The notes beneath the pieces are model-generated. The model made no database searches and was not told the origin of the DNA. It was given only the letters and a program-made list of their open reading frames with translations. Source: Escherichia coli (lineage in GTDB: Bacteria; Pseudomonadota; Gammaproteobacteria; Enterobacterales; Enterobacteriaceae). Taken from it: DNA of 64,000 nt. Location: assembly GCF_030384885.1 (NCBI RefSeq), contig NZ_CP128613.1. One strand, written 5' to 3'. The translations under genes and the position numbers were made by a program. Of the stretch, positions 48,861 through 61,436 are shown one piece after another (the stretch's first letter is position 1; each line of letters starts with the position of its first letter).

Positions 48861-49074
48861 AATGTGTAACGGTAAGTATACCAGATTCATGAGTGCCATG
48901 ACCAGCCTCAATGGCGTTATCGTTAAAGATTTAGCACCCGTGTAGCCTGATATTTATTCGATTAAGCAATGGGATGGCAACATTTGGGTCGGATGTGATA
49001 GCCAATAAGATGTTCATTCGCGCCGCCGGAGAGGGTGGCGCGGTGAGGAACTGGTCAATAATTGGAGTGCAGAT

Positions 49075-49557
49075 TTAACGGTGGGCGTTTTTCATGATAC
49101 GCGCTTTATCCACCTGCCATTCGCGTTCTTTGATGTCTGAACGTTTATCGTGCTGTTTCTTACCTTTAGCGACGCCGATTTTCACTTTGCACCAGGCATT
49201 TTTCCAGTACAGGGAGAGCGCCACTACGGTATAGCCTTCTCGATTGACGCGACCGTACAATGAGTCCAGTTCGCGCTGGTTGAGAAGTAACTTGCGGGTA
49301 CGGGTAGGATCGCACACCACATGCGTGGATGCCACAGCCATTGGCGTGATGTTAGCGCCAAACAGAAATGCTTCTCCATCACGTAGAAGGACGTAGCTGT
49401 CGCTGATATTGGCTTTTCCTGCGCGCAGGGATTTAACCTCCCAGCCTTGCAGGGCAAGTCCCGCTTCGAACTCTTCTTCGATAAAGTATTCGTGACGGGC
49501 GCGCTTGTTAAGCGCGATGGTCGCTGAACCAGGTTTATGTGCTTTTTTCTTCGTCAT
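49075..49557 (-). CDS. smpB: tmRNA-binding protein SmpB
   Basis: 160 aa [48 protein letters not shown]. Confidence 0.97.
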
Positions 49558-49688
49558 AAGCGTCGTGAATCATCGGTAATCTGAAATCGAAAACACCCCA
49601 TATCAATCCTGCGGGGGACAAGGCTCTATCTTAGCATGAACCCGATGTTACCCAGCGCCGGGATAGCGTTTTTTTTACAGCAGGATAA

Positions 49689-50165
49689 ATGATATTATTT
49701 GTTGGATTTTTGTTGATGGAAATTGTTATGCCTCAGATTAGCCGGACCGCACTGGTACCCTACAGCGCGGAGCAAATGTATCAGTTAGTGAATGACGTTC
49801 AGTCTTATCCTCAGTTTTTGCCGGGTTGTACCGGAAGTCGGATTCTGGAGTCCACTCCTGGGCAGATGACCGCGGCGGTAGATGTCTCTAAGGCTGGGAT
49901 CAGCAAAACGTTTACTACCCGCAACCAGTTGACCAGTAACCAAAGTATTCTTATGAATCTGGTGGATGGGCCGTTCAAGAAATTGATCGGTGGATGGAAG
50001 TTTACGCCGCTGAGCCAGGAGGCGTGTCGTATCGAGTTTCATCTCGACTTTGAGTTTACCAATAAGTTGATTGAACTCGCCTTTGGCCGCGTGTTTAAAG
50101 AGCTGGCGGCTAATATGGTCCAGGCTTTTACGGTTCGTGCGAAAGAGGTTTACAGTGCCAGGTAA
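49689..50165 (+). CDS. ratA: RatA/PasT (SRPBCC/CoQ-binding-type START-fold protein)
   Basis: 158-aa ORF; [34 protein letters not shown]. The true start may be the internal Met at 49728. Confidence 0.9.
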   Translation: MILFVGFLLMEIVMPQISRTALVPYSAEQMYQLVNDVQSYPQFLPGCTGSRILESTPGQMTAAVDVSKAGISKTFTTRNQLTSNQSILMNLVDGPFKKLIGGWKFTPLSQEACRIEFHLDFEFTNKLIELAFGRVFKELAANMVQAFTVRAKEVYSAR

Positions 50166-50445
50166 AATTGCCGTTGAGGTGGCTTATGCTCTACCTGAGA
50201 AGCAGTACCTGCAGCGCGTGACGCTGCAGGAGGGCGCGACGGTTGAAGAAGCTATTCGCACCAGTGGCTTGCTGGAATTGCGTACCGATATCGATTTAAC
50301 TAAAAACAAAGTCGGCATTTACAGCCGTCCGGCAAAACTGAGCGATACCGTGCATGATGGCGATCGGGTGGAGATTTATCGTCCTCTCATTGCCGATCCG
50401 AAAGAGCTTCGCAGGCAACGAGCAGAAAAATCAGCGAATAAATAA
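50155..50445 (+). CDS. ratB: RatB/PasI (RnfH/UPF0125 family)
   Basis: GTG start at 50155 overlapping the ratA stop; (M)[39 protein letters not shown], 96 aa. Confidence 0.85.
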   Translation: MPGKIAVEVAYALPEKQYLQRVTLQEGATVEEAIRTSGLLELRTDIDLTKNKVGIYSRPAKLSDTVHDGDRVEIYRPLIADPKELRRQRAEKSANK

Positions 50446-50452
50446 CAGACAG

Positions 50453-50481
50453 AAAAAAGGTGCTCATTGAGCACCTTTTTT
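50453..50481. terminator. Bidirectional rho-independent terminator between ratB and bamE
   Basis: aaaaaa-ggtgctc-att-gagcacc-tttttt. Confidence 0.85.
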
Positions 50482-50506
50482 AACGTCTTTGAGAGCAACT
50501 TTATTA

Positions 50507-50848
50507 TTAGTTACCACTCAGCGCAGGTTTGTTATCAATGTTGGTCAACACCCCGCTACTGTTAAAGGTCAGCGTCAGCGTTTGCTGCGTTACACCTTCA
50601 TGACCTGGTTGCTGGCGGAAGACATAGAACCAGGTATTCGTACCAAATGGATCGGACATCAGCGGTGTACCCAATGCGTACGCAACTTGTTGTTGCGTCA
50701 TGCCAACACGTATTTTGGATACGTCGTTAGCGGTCAGATAGTTCCCCTGGTTGATGTCAGGACGGTAAACCACTCGCTCCAGAGTGGAACAGCCTGCGGT
50801 CAACATCAATAGTACTGCTGCTGCAGCAGTCAGCGTTTTACAGCGCAT
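50507..50848 (-). CDS. bamE: Outer-membrane protein assembly lipoprotein BamE (SmpA)
   Basis: 113 aa; lipobox MLTAGC. Confidence 0.95.
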
Positions 50849-50996
50849 AGTGATTTGATTCCTTTTCGGGCCCGAGCAGTACGTGGCTCATCTGTAATAT
50901 GCCGATGATAATAGACCTTTCATCACTTTAAAACCTTTTGCTTTCCGGTCTTACGGCGTTTTGCTGTTTACTCTGACCGTGAAGCAGGAAAAAAGT

Positions 50997-52658
50997 TTAC
51001 GCCGCAAGCAGTTCTTTCGCATTCGCCAGTGTGTTACGTGTGACTTCACTGCCACCAAGCAGGCGCGCCAGCTCTTGTAACCGCGCTTTTTTGTCCAGCG
51101 ACTCCATATGCGTTTCTGTCATCGCACCATCGGTTTCTTTGCTGACAAAATAGTGTTGATGACCACATCCCGCGACTTGTGGCAGGTGGGTAACACACAT
51201 CACCTGAGTTGATTCGCCGAGTTGACGCAGCAGTTTGCCGACAACTGCCGCTGTTGGACCGCTAATCCCTACATCCACTTCATCAAAAATCAGTGCCGGG
51301 GTTTCCATTTTACGCGCTGTGATGACCTGAATTGCCAATGCGATGCGGGACAATTCACCACCAGATGCGACTTTGGCAATAGGCTGCATTGGCTGACCTG
51401 GGTTGGTGGTTACCCGAAACTCAATACGATCAGCGCCGTCAGCGCCCAGGTGATGCTCGTCAAATTTAACATCAATCGTAAACTGCCCATGCGGCATAGA
51501 GAGTGCATGCATACTGTCGGTGATCAGCTGTGCCAACTCATTTGCATAATGCTGGCGTTGCTGGTGTAACGCGCGCGCCGTTTCCAGTGCCTGCTGATGA
51601 TGTTTCGTTACCGCCAGCGCGAGCGTTTCTTGTGAGTCGGCCTGATCGTCCAGTTGCTGCTGTTCTTCCAGTAGCGACTGGTAATACTGTGGCAATACCT
51701 CAGGGCTGACGTGATGTTTACGTGCCAGCGAAATCTGTTTTGAGATGCGCTGTTCAAGTTCAAACAGTCGGTTGGGATCAAGATCCAGACGATCGCAGTA
51801 GTGGCGCAGTTCGTCGCTGGCTTCAGCAATCTGGATGGTAGCCTCTTCCAGCATATCAAGTACGCCGGACAGTTTGCTGTCCATGCCAATCAATTCGCTC
51901 ACCAGTTGTTTAGCCGTGTAAAGCTGGCTTTGCAGGTTTGCGTCTTCGCCGTCGGCCATTAATGCCAATGCATTCTGGCTGGTGGTCAGCAATTGACCGC
52001 TGTTCGCCAGACGTTTGTACTCTTCGTCGATTTGCTCAAACTCTCCGGGCTGCGGATTAAATTCGTTCAGTTCTTTTAATTGGTATTGCAGCAGCTCCGC
52101 ACGAGCGGCGCGTTCCTGACTTAACTGTTGATGATGCGCGAGGTCGCGGCAGCTTTGATGCCACAACTGATAACGTGCGGTCATTTCCTGAAGCAGAGAG
52201 GTTTCATTGGCATAGCCATCAAGCAGGAATTTTTGGTGCTCGGGTTTGGTGAGTAATTGATGGGCGTGCTGACCATGGATCTGAATGAGCAACTGGCCCA
52301 GTTCGCGCAGTTGTGACAGTGGAACAGCTGTACCGTTGATAAAACCACGAGAGCGACCATCGCTACTGATTACGCGACGAAGCAGGCATTCACGGCCATC
52401 TTCCAGTTGGTTTTCTTCCAGCCAGCGCAGTGCTGCGGGTGTATCTTTCAGAGAAAAACGGGCGCACAGATCTGCGCGAGCAGCGCCGGTACGCACCATG
52501 TCGGCTTCAGCGCGACCGCCGAGACAAAGGCCCAGGGCATCTATTGCAATAGATTTACCCGCGCCGGTCTCGCCGGTGATTACGGTCATGCCGCTGTGAA
52601 AATCAATCTCAAGCTCACGAACGATAGCAAAGTTGCTGATGGTCAGTTGTGCCAACAT
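50997..52658 (-). CDS. recN: DNA repair protein RecN (SMC-like)
   Basis: 553 aa; Walker A GETGAGKS, coiled-coil middle, signature ASGGELSR, Walker [11 protein letters not shown]. Confidence 0.95.
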   Translation of the reverse strand: MLAQLTISNFAIVRELEIDFHSGMTVITGETGAGKSIAIDALGLCLGGRAEADMVRTGAARADLCARFSLKDTPAALRWLEENQLEDGRECLLRRVISSDGRSRGFINGTAVPLSQLRELGQLLIQIHGQHAHQLLTKPEHQKFLLDGYANETSLLQEMTARYQLWHQSCRDLAHHQQLSQERAARAELLQYQLKELNEFNPQPGEFEQIDEEYKRLANSGQLLTTSQNALALMADGEDANLQSQLYTAKQLVSELIGMDSKLSGVLDMLEEATIQIAEASDELRHYCDRLDLDPNRLFELEQRISKQISLARKHHVSPEVLPQYYQSLLEEQQQLDDQADSQETLALAVTKHHQQALETARALHQQRQHYANELAQLITDSMHALSMPHGQFTIDVKFDEHHLGADGADRIEFRVTTNPGQPMQPIAKVASGGELSRIALAIQVITARKMETPALIFDEVDVGISGPTAAVVGKLLRQLGESTQVMCVTHLPQVAGCGHQHYFVSKETDGAMTETHMESLDKKARLQELARLLGGSEVTRNTLANAKELLAA

Positions 52659-52684
52659 AGTTGTTTTCCTGTATGAAAAACCAT

Positions 52685-52726
52685 TACTGTTATTGTGTAC
52701 AGTATAAACTGGTTTTATATACAGTA
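52685..52726. promoter_or_regulatory. Two LexA boxes in the recN promoter
   Basis: tACTGttattgtgtaCAGta (52685-52704) and aaCTGgttttatataCAGta (52707-52726), 27-68 nt upstream of the recN ATG. Confidence 0.9.
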
Positions 52727-52743
52727 AAGAGGCTGGCGTAAAA

Positions 52744-54336
<1,593 letters not shown>

Positions 54337-54343
54337 ATGTCTG

Positions 54344-54372
54344 ATGGCCGACGTGAAGTCGGCCATTTTTTT
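54344..54372 (+). terminator. grpE rho-independent terminator
   Basis: atggccgac-gtgaa-gtcggccat followed by tttttt. It overlaps the stop of the convergent ORF 54371..55012. Confidence 0.85.
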
Positions 54373-55012
54373 AGCTTAAAAAATCCTGTACTTCCAGCCA
54401 CGGCGTGTTGAAATCATCTATTTTTTTATAGTCGTTCATTGGCAGAACGACCACGTTATAGGTGTCAGAACCTTCATTCAGATCAAAAATCTGAAAGCCT
54501 CTCTTATTGAGTTCGGTCTGGATGCGTTCAAAGATCTCGTCAAGGTAGCGGTCTCCGGCTTCACAGACATCGGAGATTTCATCCTCTTGGGTTATTTCGA
54601 CAAGAAGATTCCTTAATTCCTCAGAAGCTGTCAGGTTTTTTGTGAGTTCATAAAAGCGATCTGCAGCAAAATTAGCCAGCTCACCTTCTTCATCTTCACC
54701 TTTCCAGTCAACGAGTTGAATTAATCCTTCACTGCGTAGAACCTGTAAAAATGCCTGCGCCAGGTCATGATTTCCGAGATCGCCTCCACTGCAATCGAGA
54801 ACGTCTTGCAATCCATATTCGTCTTCATCTTCGTCTTCAAAGATTTCAGGTTGCGTCGAAAGTTGAGAGAAAATAGTGGGCCATAAGGTTGGGGTGTGCT
54901 GTAAAAAAACGCTGGCGACGACGTTGAGGTCGTCGGAAAAATCCTTATCCCATTCAATTACATAATCTTCTGACATAACATCAATATCCTTTCCGAATGC
55001 TTGAAAAGACAT
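54371..55012 (-). CDS. Hypothetical highly acidic cytoplasmic protein (213 aa), accessory insertion between grpE and corB
   Basis: ORF-track ORF, lower GC than its neighbours. Asp/Glu-rich runs ([31 protein letters not shown]). Flanked by the grpE terminator and the corB terminator. I recall no K-12 gene here. Confidence 0.55.
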
Positions 55013-55065
55013 TATTACATTGCTAAGTAAATGACAGGAATTGATGGAATCCTAAAAGATGGCGA

Positions 55066-55090
55066 TAAAAAAGGCGAACCGGAGTTCGCC
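55066..55090 (-). terminator. corB rho-independent terminator
   Basis: On the minus strand ggcgaac-tccg-gttcgcc followed by tttttt (complement of 55067-55072), 7 nt after the corB stop. Confidence 0.8.
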
Positions 55091-55096
55091 ATTGTG

Positions 55097-56359
55097 TTAC
55101 TCCGCCACACTCTCGCGCAGCGGTTTCACAGGAAAAACTTTTACCTGCTTAATCATATTGTCCTGTACATCGAGAATATCGATATCGTACTCGCCAATAC
55201 GCACGCGAGTTCCTGCGACAGGAATCTCTTCCAGTGCCTCAAGAATGACGCCATTAACCGTTCGTGCATCATCTTCCGGTAGATGCCAGTTAAAGGCTTT
55301 GTTGATTTCCCGCACGTTGGCAGTGCCATCGATAATCACCGAACCGTCGTTTTGCGGCGTGACCTCTTCGGCGAGCGTTGGCGACATCGACGTGGTGAAA
55401 TCACCAACAATCTCTTCGAGAATATCTTCGACCGTCACCAGACCCTGAATATCTCCATACTCGTTGACGACCAGGCCGACTTTCTTTTTGTTGCGCTGAA
55501 ACTTCACCAGCTGCGTGCTGAGCGGCGTACCTTCCGGGACAAAATAGATTTCGTCCGCGGCGCGTAGCATGGTTTCTTTGGTGAACTCTTTTTTCTCCGA
55601 CATCAACCGCCAGGCTTCACGCACACGCAGCATACTGATGGCGTCGTCCAGCGAGTCACGGTAGAGCACGATGCGTCCGTGAGGTGAGTGGGAGAGTTGG
55701 CGGAGAATCGATTTCCAGTCATCGTTGATATCAATACCGATAATTTCACTGCGCGGCACCATGATGTCATCGACAGTCATTTTTTCCAGATCGAGTACCG
55801 ACAACAGCATATCCTGATTGCGACGGGAAATTTGTGACCTCGATTCGTGCACAATGGTGCGTAATTCTTCTTTGCTTAAAGAGCCACTGACCACAATATC
55901 GGTTTTGATGCCCATCATGCGCATTAACATGCGGGTAATAGCGTTCAGCAACCAGACCAGCGGCATCATCAAAATTTGCAGCGGCGCCAGCAGAAAACTA
56001 CTTGGATAGGCGACTTTTTCCGGGTACAGCGCGGCAATGGTTTTCGGCAATACTTCAGCAAAAACCAGTACGACAAAAGTAAGCACACCAGTCGCAATTG
56101 CCACGCCCGCATCCCCGTACAAACGCATCCCCACAATAGTGCCGAGCGCGGAGGCAAGAATATTGACCAGGTTATTGCCGATTAACACCAGGCTTATCAG
56201 GCGGTCTGGCTTACGCAGCAATTTTTCGACACGTTTGGCCGAGCGATTACCCTGTTTCGCCATATGCCGCAGACGATAGCGGTTGAGGGTCATCATTCCG
56301 GTTTCGGACCCGGAAAAATAGGCTGAAATGACCACCATGATGATCAGAATAATGATCAA
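55097..56359 (-). CDS. corB: CNNM/CorB-family Mg2+/Co2+ efflux-related membrane protein (DUF21-CBS-CorC_HlyC), YfjD
   Basis: 420-aa ORF from a TTG. The frame stays open upstream (LEHISTTT) to a CTG at 56383 that sits 6 nt after AAGGAG. The recalled K-12 protein starts MEHISTTTLIIILIIM (428 aa), so the true start is probably 56383. Confidence 0.9.
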   Translation of the reverse strand: MIIILIIMVVISAYFSGSETGMMTLNRYRLRHMAKQGNRSAKRVEKLLRKPDRLISLVLIGNNLVNILASALGTIVGMRLYGDAGVAIATGVLTFVVLVFAEVLPKTIAALYPEKVAYPSSFLLAPLQILMMPLVWLLNAITRMLMRMMGIKTDIVVSGSLSKEELRTIVHESRSQISRRNQDMLLSVLDLEKMTVDDIMVPRSEIIGIDINDDWKSILRQLSHSPHGRIVLYRDSLDDAISMLRVREAWRLMSEKKEFTKETMLRAADEIYFVPEGTPLSTQLVKFQRNKKKVGLVVNEYGDIQGLVTVEDILEEIVGDFTTSMSPTLAEEVTPQNDGSVIIDGTANVREINKAFNWHLPEDDARTVNGVILEALEEIPVAGTRVRIGEYDIDILDVQDNMIKQVKVFPVKPLRESVAE

Positions 56360-56403
56360 CGTGGTAGTAGATATGTGTTCCAGGGGAAACTCCTTTTCTG
56401 GGG

Positions 56404-57195
56404 TTAGCTGATTAACTGCTGGACAATTCGGCTACCGAAGTAGGCCAGTGTCAGAATGACCGCACCCGCAACGTTAAACCAGACGACGCGGCGTCCACGC
56501 CATCCTTCATGATAATGTCCCCACAGCAGCACAATATAGACAAACCACGCCACGATAGAGAGCACGGCCTTGTCGATATTTTCCATGCTAAATAAGTTGT
56601 GCATGTAGAAGAGACCAGTGCAAAGAGTGAGCGTTAACAGCACCACGCCAATCTGCGTGATGTGGAACATTTTACGCTCGATACTCATCAACGGCGGCAT
56701 TTCCTGGTTAAACGCCAGCTTCTTGTTCTTCAGTTGGTAATCAATCCACGCCAGTTGTAATGCATACAGAGCGGCGATAATCAGCGTGGCATAGGAAAAG
56801 AGCGATAAGCCAATGTGAACCAGCATCCCAGGCGTTGCTTCCAGATGGGTGATGTATTCATTGGGCATAAAGGTGGCCAGCGCCAGGTTGATAAGCGCAA
56901 AGGCATAGACAATGGGTAGCAGCAACCAGCCACGATTGCGAGAAGCCACGATGGTCATTACCGTACAGATCATCAAACTGACCAGCGAACCAACGTTCAG
57001 CAGGCTGAGGTTTTGTCCGCTATCACCGTCGGGCAAGATACGGGCTTCCAGAGCGATTGCGTGGCAGACCAGCGCGATGACCGCAGAAATAATAGCCATG
57101 CGCCGCCAGCCGCCGTTTTTTTGCAGCAGACCGGGAACAATCAGCGCAAGACTGACGGAGTAGGCGACAAGCGCGAGCAGAGCAAAAACGGGCAT
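56404..57195 (-). CDS. ypjD: CcsA/cytochrome c assembly-family inner membrane protein YpjD
   Basis: ORF 56404..57270; the internal Met gives MPVFALLALVAYSVSLALIVPGLL, 263 aa, polytopic. Confidence 0.9.
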   Translation of the reverse strand: MPVFALLALVAYSVSLALIVPGLLQKNGGWRRMAIISAVIALVCHAIALEARILPDGDSGQNLSLLNVGSLVSLMICTVMTIVASRNRGWLLLPIVYAFALINLALATFMPNEYITHLEATPGMLVHIGLSLFSYATLIIAALYALQLAWIDYQLKNKKLAFNQEMPPLMSIERKMFHITQIGVVLLTLTLCTGLFYMHNLFSMENIDKAVLSIVAWFVYIVLLWGHYHEGWRGRRVVWFNVAGAVILTLAYFGSRIVQQLIS

Positions 57196-57361
57196 AGTAA
57201 TGTCGACAGTTTGAGCAATAAGAAAGAGAAGCAGTATAGCGTCAGGTGAACGCTGCTCCAACCGTTGCATAACAACAAAGACGCCTTCATGTTATACTGC
57301 GGCAAAATACTGATGATGTGTCGCGATTGCGGCCAACCGTTTCCACCCCAGGCGAGAGACA

Positions 57362-58723
57362 ATGTTTGATAATTTAACCGATCGTTTGTCGCGCACGCTG
57401 CGCAATATCAGTGGCCGTGGACGCCTCACTGAAGACAACGTAAAAGATACGCTGCGCGAAGTGCGCATGGCGCTGCTGGAGGCGGACGTCGCCCTGCCGG
57501 TAGTGCGTGAGTTTATCAATCGCGTAAAAGAGAAAGCGGTTGGTCATGAAGTTAATAAGAGCCTGACGCCGGGGCAGGAGTTCGTCAAAATCGTCCGTAA
57601 CGAACTGGTTGCGGCGATGGGCGAAGAGAACCAGACCCTGAATCTGGCTGCGCAACCGCCAGCGGTGGTACTGATGGCGGGCCTGCAAGGTGCCGGTAAA
57701 ACAACCAGCGTGGGCAAGCTCGGTAAGTTCCTGCGTGAGAAGCACAAGAAAAAAGTGCTGGTGGTTTCTGCCGACGTTTATCGTCCGGCGGCAATCAAAC
57801 AGCTGGAGACGCTGGCAGAGCAGGTGGGTGTCGACTTCTTCCCTTCAGATGTTGGTCAGAAGCCGGTTGATATCGTTAACGCGGCGCTGAAAGAAGCCAA
57901 ACTGAAATTCTACGACGTGTTGCTGGTGGATACCGCCGGTCGTTTGCACGTTGACGAAGCGATGATGGACGAGATCAAACAGGTCCATGCATCGATTAAT
58001 CCGGTTGAAACCCTGTTTGTGGTTGATGCCATGACTGGTCAGGATGCGGCCAATACGGCAAAAGCATTCAATGAAGCGTTACCGCTGACCGGTGTGGTAC
58101 TGACTAAAGTCGACGGCGATGCTCGTGGCGGTGCGGCGCTCTCGATTCGTCACATCACTGGCAAACCGATCAAATTCCTCGGCGTTGGCGAGAAAACCGA
58201 GGCGCTGGAGCCGTTCCATCCGGACCGTATCGCTTCCCGTATTCTCGGCATGGGCGACGTACTGTCGCTGATCGAAGATATCGAAAGCAAAGTTGACCGC
58301 GCGCAGGCAGAGAAATTAGCCAGCAAGCTGAAAAAAGGCGACGGCTTCGATCTCAACGACTTCCTTGAGCAACTGCGCCAGATGAAAAATATGGGCGGCA
58401 TGGCTAGCCTGATGGGCAAACTGCCGGGTATGGGGCAGATCCCGGATAACGTCAAGTCGCAGATGGACGATAAAGTGCTGGTGCGTATGGAAGCCATCAT
58501 CAACTCGATGACGATGAAAGAGCGCGCTAAGCCAGAAATCATCAAAGGTTCGCGTAAACGCCGTATCGCTGCCGGTTGCGGTATGCAGGTGCAGGACGTT
58601 AACCGTCTTCTGAAACAGTTCGACGACATGCAGCGCATGATGAAGAAAATGAAGAAGGGCGGAATGGCGAAGATGATGAGAAGCATGAAAGGGATGATGC
58701 CGCCGGGATTTCCTGGTCGCTAA
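57362..58723 (+). CDS. ffh: Signal recognition particle protein Ffh
   Basis: 453 aa MFDNLTDRLSRTLRNISGRGRLTEDNVKDTLREVRMALLEADV; GTPase motifs GLQGAGKTT, DTAGR, TKVDG; Met-rich C-terminus. Confidence 0.97.
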   Translation: MFDNLTDRLSRTLRNISGRGRLTEDNVKDTLREVRMALLEADVALPVVREFINRVKEKAVGHEVNKSLTPGQEFVKIVRNELVAAMGEENQTLNLAAQPPAVVLMAGLQGAGKTTSVGKLGKFLREKHKKKVLVVSADVYRPAAIKQLETLAEQVGVDFFPSDVGQKPVDIVNAALKEAKLKFYDVLLVDTAGRLHVDEAMMDEIKQVHASINPVETLFVVDAMTGQDAANTAKAFNEALPLTGVVLTKVDGDARGGAALSIRHITGKPIKFLGVGEKTEALEPFHPDRIASRILGMGDVLSLIEDIESKVDRAQAEKLASKLKKGDGFDLNDFLEQLRQMKNMGGMASLMGKLPGMGQIPDNVKSQMDDKVLVRMEAIINSMTMKERAKPEIIKGSRKRRIAAGCGMQVQDVNRLLKQFDDMQRMMKKMKKGGMAKMMRSMKGMMPPGFPGR

Positions 58724-58781
58724 ATGACCTTATGCGACAGAGTTATTAACTGCTGATTGCATTTTCTCCAGAAATCAGTAA

Positions 58782-59108
<327 letters not shown>

Positions 59109-59126
59109 TCTGTCACGGTGGTCATG

Positions 59127-59675
59127 ATGAGCAAACAACTCACCGCGCAAGCACCTGTTGATCCCATCGTTTTGGGAAAAATGGGTTCGTCTTACGGTAT
59201 TCGTGGGTGGCTCAGAGTGTTTTCTTCCACCGAAGACGCCGAAAGCATTTTTGACTATCAGCCCTGGTTTATCCAGAAGGCGGGTCAGTGGCAGCAAGTC
59301 CAGCTGGAAAGCTGGAAGCACCACAATCAGGACATGATCATCAAGCTGAAAGGCGTTGACGATCGTGATGCGGCGAACCTGCTGACGAATTGTGAAATTG
59401 TCGTGGATTCATCGCAGTTGCCTCAGCTTGAAGAGGGTGACTACTACTGGAAAGACCTGATGGGCTGCCAGGTAGTAACCACTGAAGGCTACGATCTCGG
59501 TAAAGTCGTCGATATGATGGAAACCGGATCTAATGACGTTCTCGTCATTAAGGCAAACCTGAAAGATGCGTTTGGTATCAAGGAACGTCTCGTACCGTTC
59601 CTCGATGGGCAGGTTATCAAGAAAGTCGATCTCACTACTCGTTCAATCGAAGTAGATTGGGATCCTGGTTTTTAA
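59127..59675 (+). CDS. rimM: 16S rRNA processing protein RimM
   Basis: Within ORF 59118..59675; [36 protein letters not shown], 182 aa. Confidence 0.95.
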
Positions 59676-59705
59676 ACCACCGGATAAACGGTAAAAGACG
59701 GCGCT

Positions 59706-60473
59706 ATGTGGATTGGCATAATTAGCCTGTTTCCTGAAATGTTCCGCGCAATTACCGATTACGGGGTAACTGGCCGGGCAGTTAAAAATGGCCTGCTGAG
59801 CATCCAGAGCTGGAGTCCTCGTGACTTCACGCATGACCGGCACCGTACCGTGGACGATCGTCCTTACGGCGGCGGACCGGGGATGTTAATGATGGTGCAA
59901 CCTTTACGGGACGCCATTCATGCAGCAAAAGCCGCGGCGGGTGAAGGCGCAAAGGTGATTTATCTGTCACCGCAGGGGCGCAAGCTTGATCAAGCAGGCG
60001 TCAGCGAACTGGCAACGAATCAAAAATTGATTCTGGTGTGCGGTCGCTACGAAGGTATAGATGAGCGCGTGATCCAAACCGAAATTGACGAAGAATGGTC
60101 AATCGGCGATTACGTTCTCAGTGGTGGTGAGTTACCAGCAATGACGCTGATTGACTCCGTTTCCCGGTTTATTCCGGGAGTACTGGGACATGAAGCTTCG
60201 GCAACGGAAGATTCCTTTGCTGAAGGATTGCTGGATTGCCCGCACTATACGCGGCCTGAGGTGTTAGAAGGGATGGAAGTTCCGTCAGTGTTACTGTCGG
60301 GCAACCATGCTGAGATACGTCGCTGGCGTTTGAAACAGTCGCTGGGCCGTACCTGGCTTAGAAGACCTGAACTTCTGGAAAACCTGGCTCTGACTGAAGA
60401 GCAAGCAAGGTTGCTGGCGGAGTTCAAAACGGAACACGCACAACAGCAACATAAACATGATGGGATGGCGTAA
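59706..60473 (+). CDS. trmD: tRNA (guanine37-N1)-methyltransferase TrmD
   Basis: 255 aa [31 protein letters not shown]. Confidence 0.97.
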   Translation: MWIGIISLFPEMFRAITDYGVTGRAVKNGLLSIQSWSPRDFTHDRHRTVDDRPYGGGPGMLMMVQPLRDAIHAAKAAAGEGAKVIYLSPQGRKLDQAGVSELATNQKLILVCGRYEGIDERVIQTEIDEEWSIGDYVLSGGELPAMTLIDSVSRFIPGVLGHEASATEDSFAEGLLDCPHYTRPEVLEGMEVPSVLLSGNHAEIRRWRLKQSLGRTWLRRPELLENLALTEEQARLLAEFKTEHAQQQHKHDGMA

Positions 60474-60511
60474 GCCCCCGAGATATCAGTTTACCCAGGA
60501 TAAGAGATTAA

Positions 60512-60862
<351 letters not shown>

Positions 60863-60887
60863 GATTTCGCTTAAGCGACATCCTGTT

Positions 60888-60921
60888 AAGAAGGGCTGGC
60901 CAATTGGCTGGCCCTTTTTTT
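60888..60921 (+). terminator. Terminator of the rpsP-rimM-trmD-rplS operon
   Basis: aagaagggctggccaattggctggccc followed by ttttttt. Outer stem aagggc/gccctt around a GC-rich imperfect palindrome. Confidence 0.75.
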
Positions 60922-60938
60922 ATCTGTTTGATCGTGTT

Positions 60939-61421
60939 TTAAGGTGTAGTAATCACCACTGCGACGCGGCGGTTCTCGGCTCTGCCCTGAGCGGTCTTGT
61001 TACTGGCGATGGGATATTTTTTTCCTAAACCCTGTGTGGTGAGGTTGCTGCGCGGAATTTGTCCACCTATAGCCCATGCATCGGCCACAACATTCGCCCG
61101 TTTCAATGATAAGGCTTCGTTGTAACTGTCTTCACCATAGTTGTCGGTGTGTCCATCCATACGGGCATGCGTTAGCCCTGTCGAGGCCAATTTGGCTGCC
61201 ATGGTTTGGATCTGTTGCTGGCTTTCCGGGAGCAATTTGTAGTCATTTTTTGCGAACAGAATGGCATCTGATAATCCCAGCGACCAGTCGCCGGCGGATT
61301 CAGTAAATCCATAAGATTGCATAGCGGCAACTTGCTCAGGAGTAAACTTTCCCTGAGGGGACTGGCAGCCAGTCAGTACTAGCGAGGTGAAAATCAGGGG
61401 TGCTACCAAGTGCTTTATCAT
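60939..61421 (-). CDS. yfiB: OmpA-domain outer-membrane lipoprotein YfiB
   Basis: 160 aa; lipobox VLTGC; OmpA-like peptidoglycan-binding motif (GHTDNYGEDSYNEALSLKRANVV...NRRVAV). Confidence 0.95.
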   Translation of the reverse strand: MIKHLVAPLIFTSLVLTGCQSPQGKFTPEQVAAMQSYGFTESAGDWSLGLSDAILFAKNDYKLLPESQQQIQTMAAKLASTGLTHARMDGHTDNYGEDSYNEALSLKRANVVADAWAIGGQIPRSNLTTQGLGKKYPIASNKTAQGRAENRRVAVVITTP

Positions 61422-61436
61422 ATCGATATATCCTTG

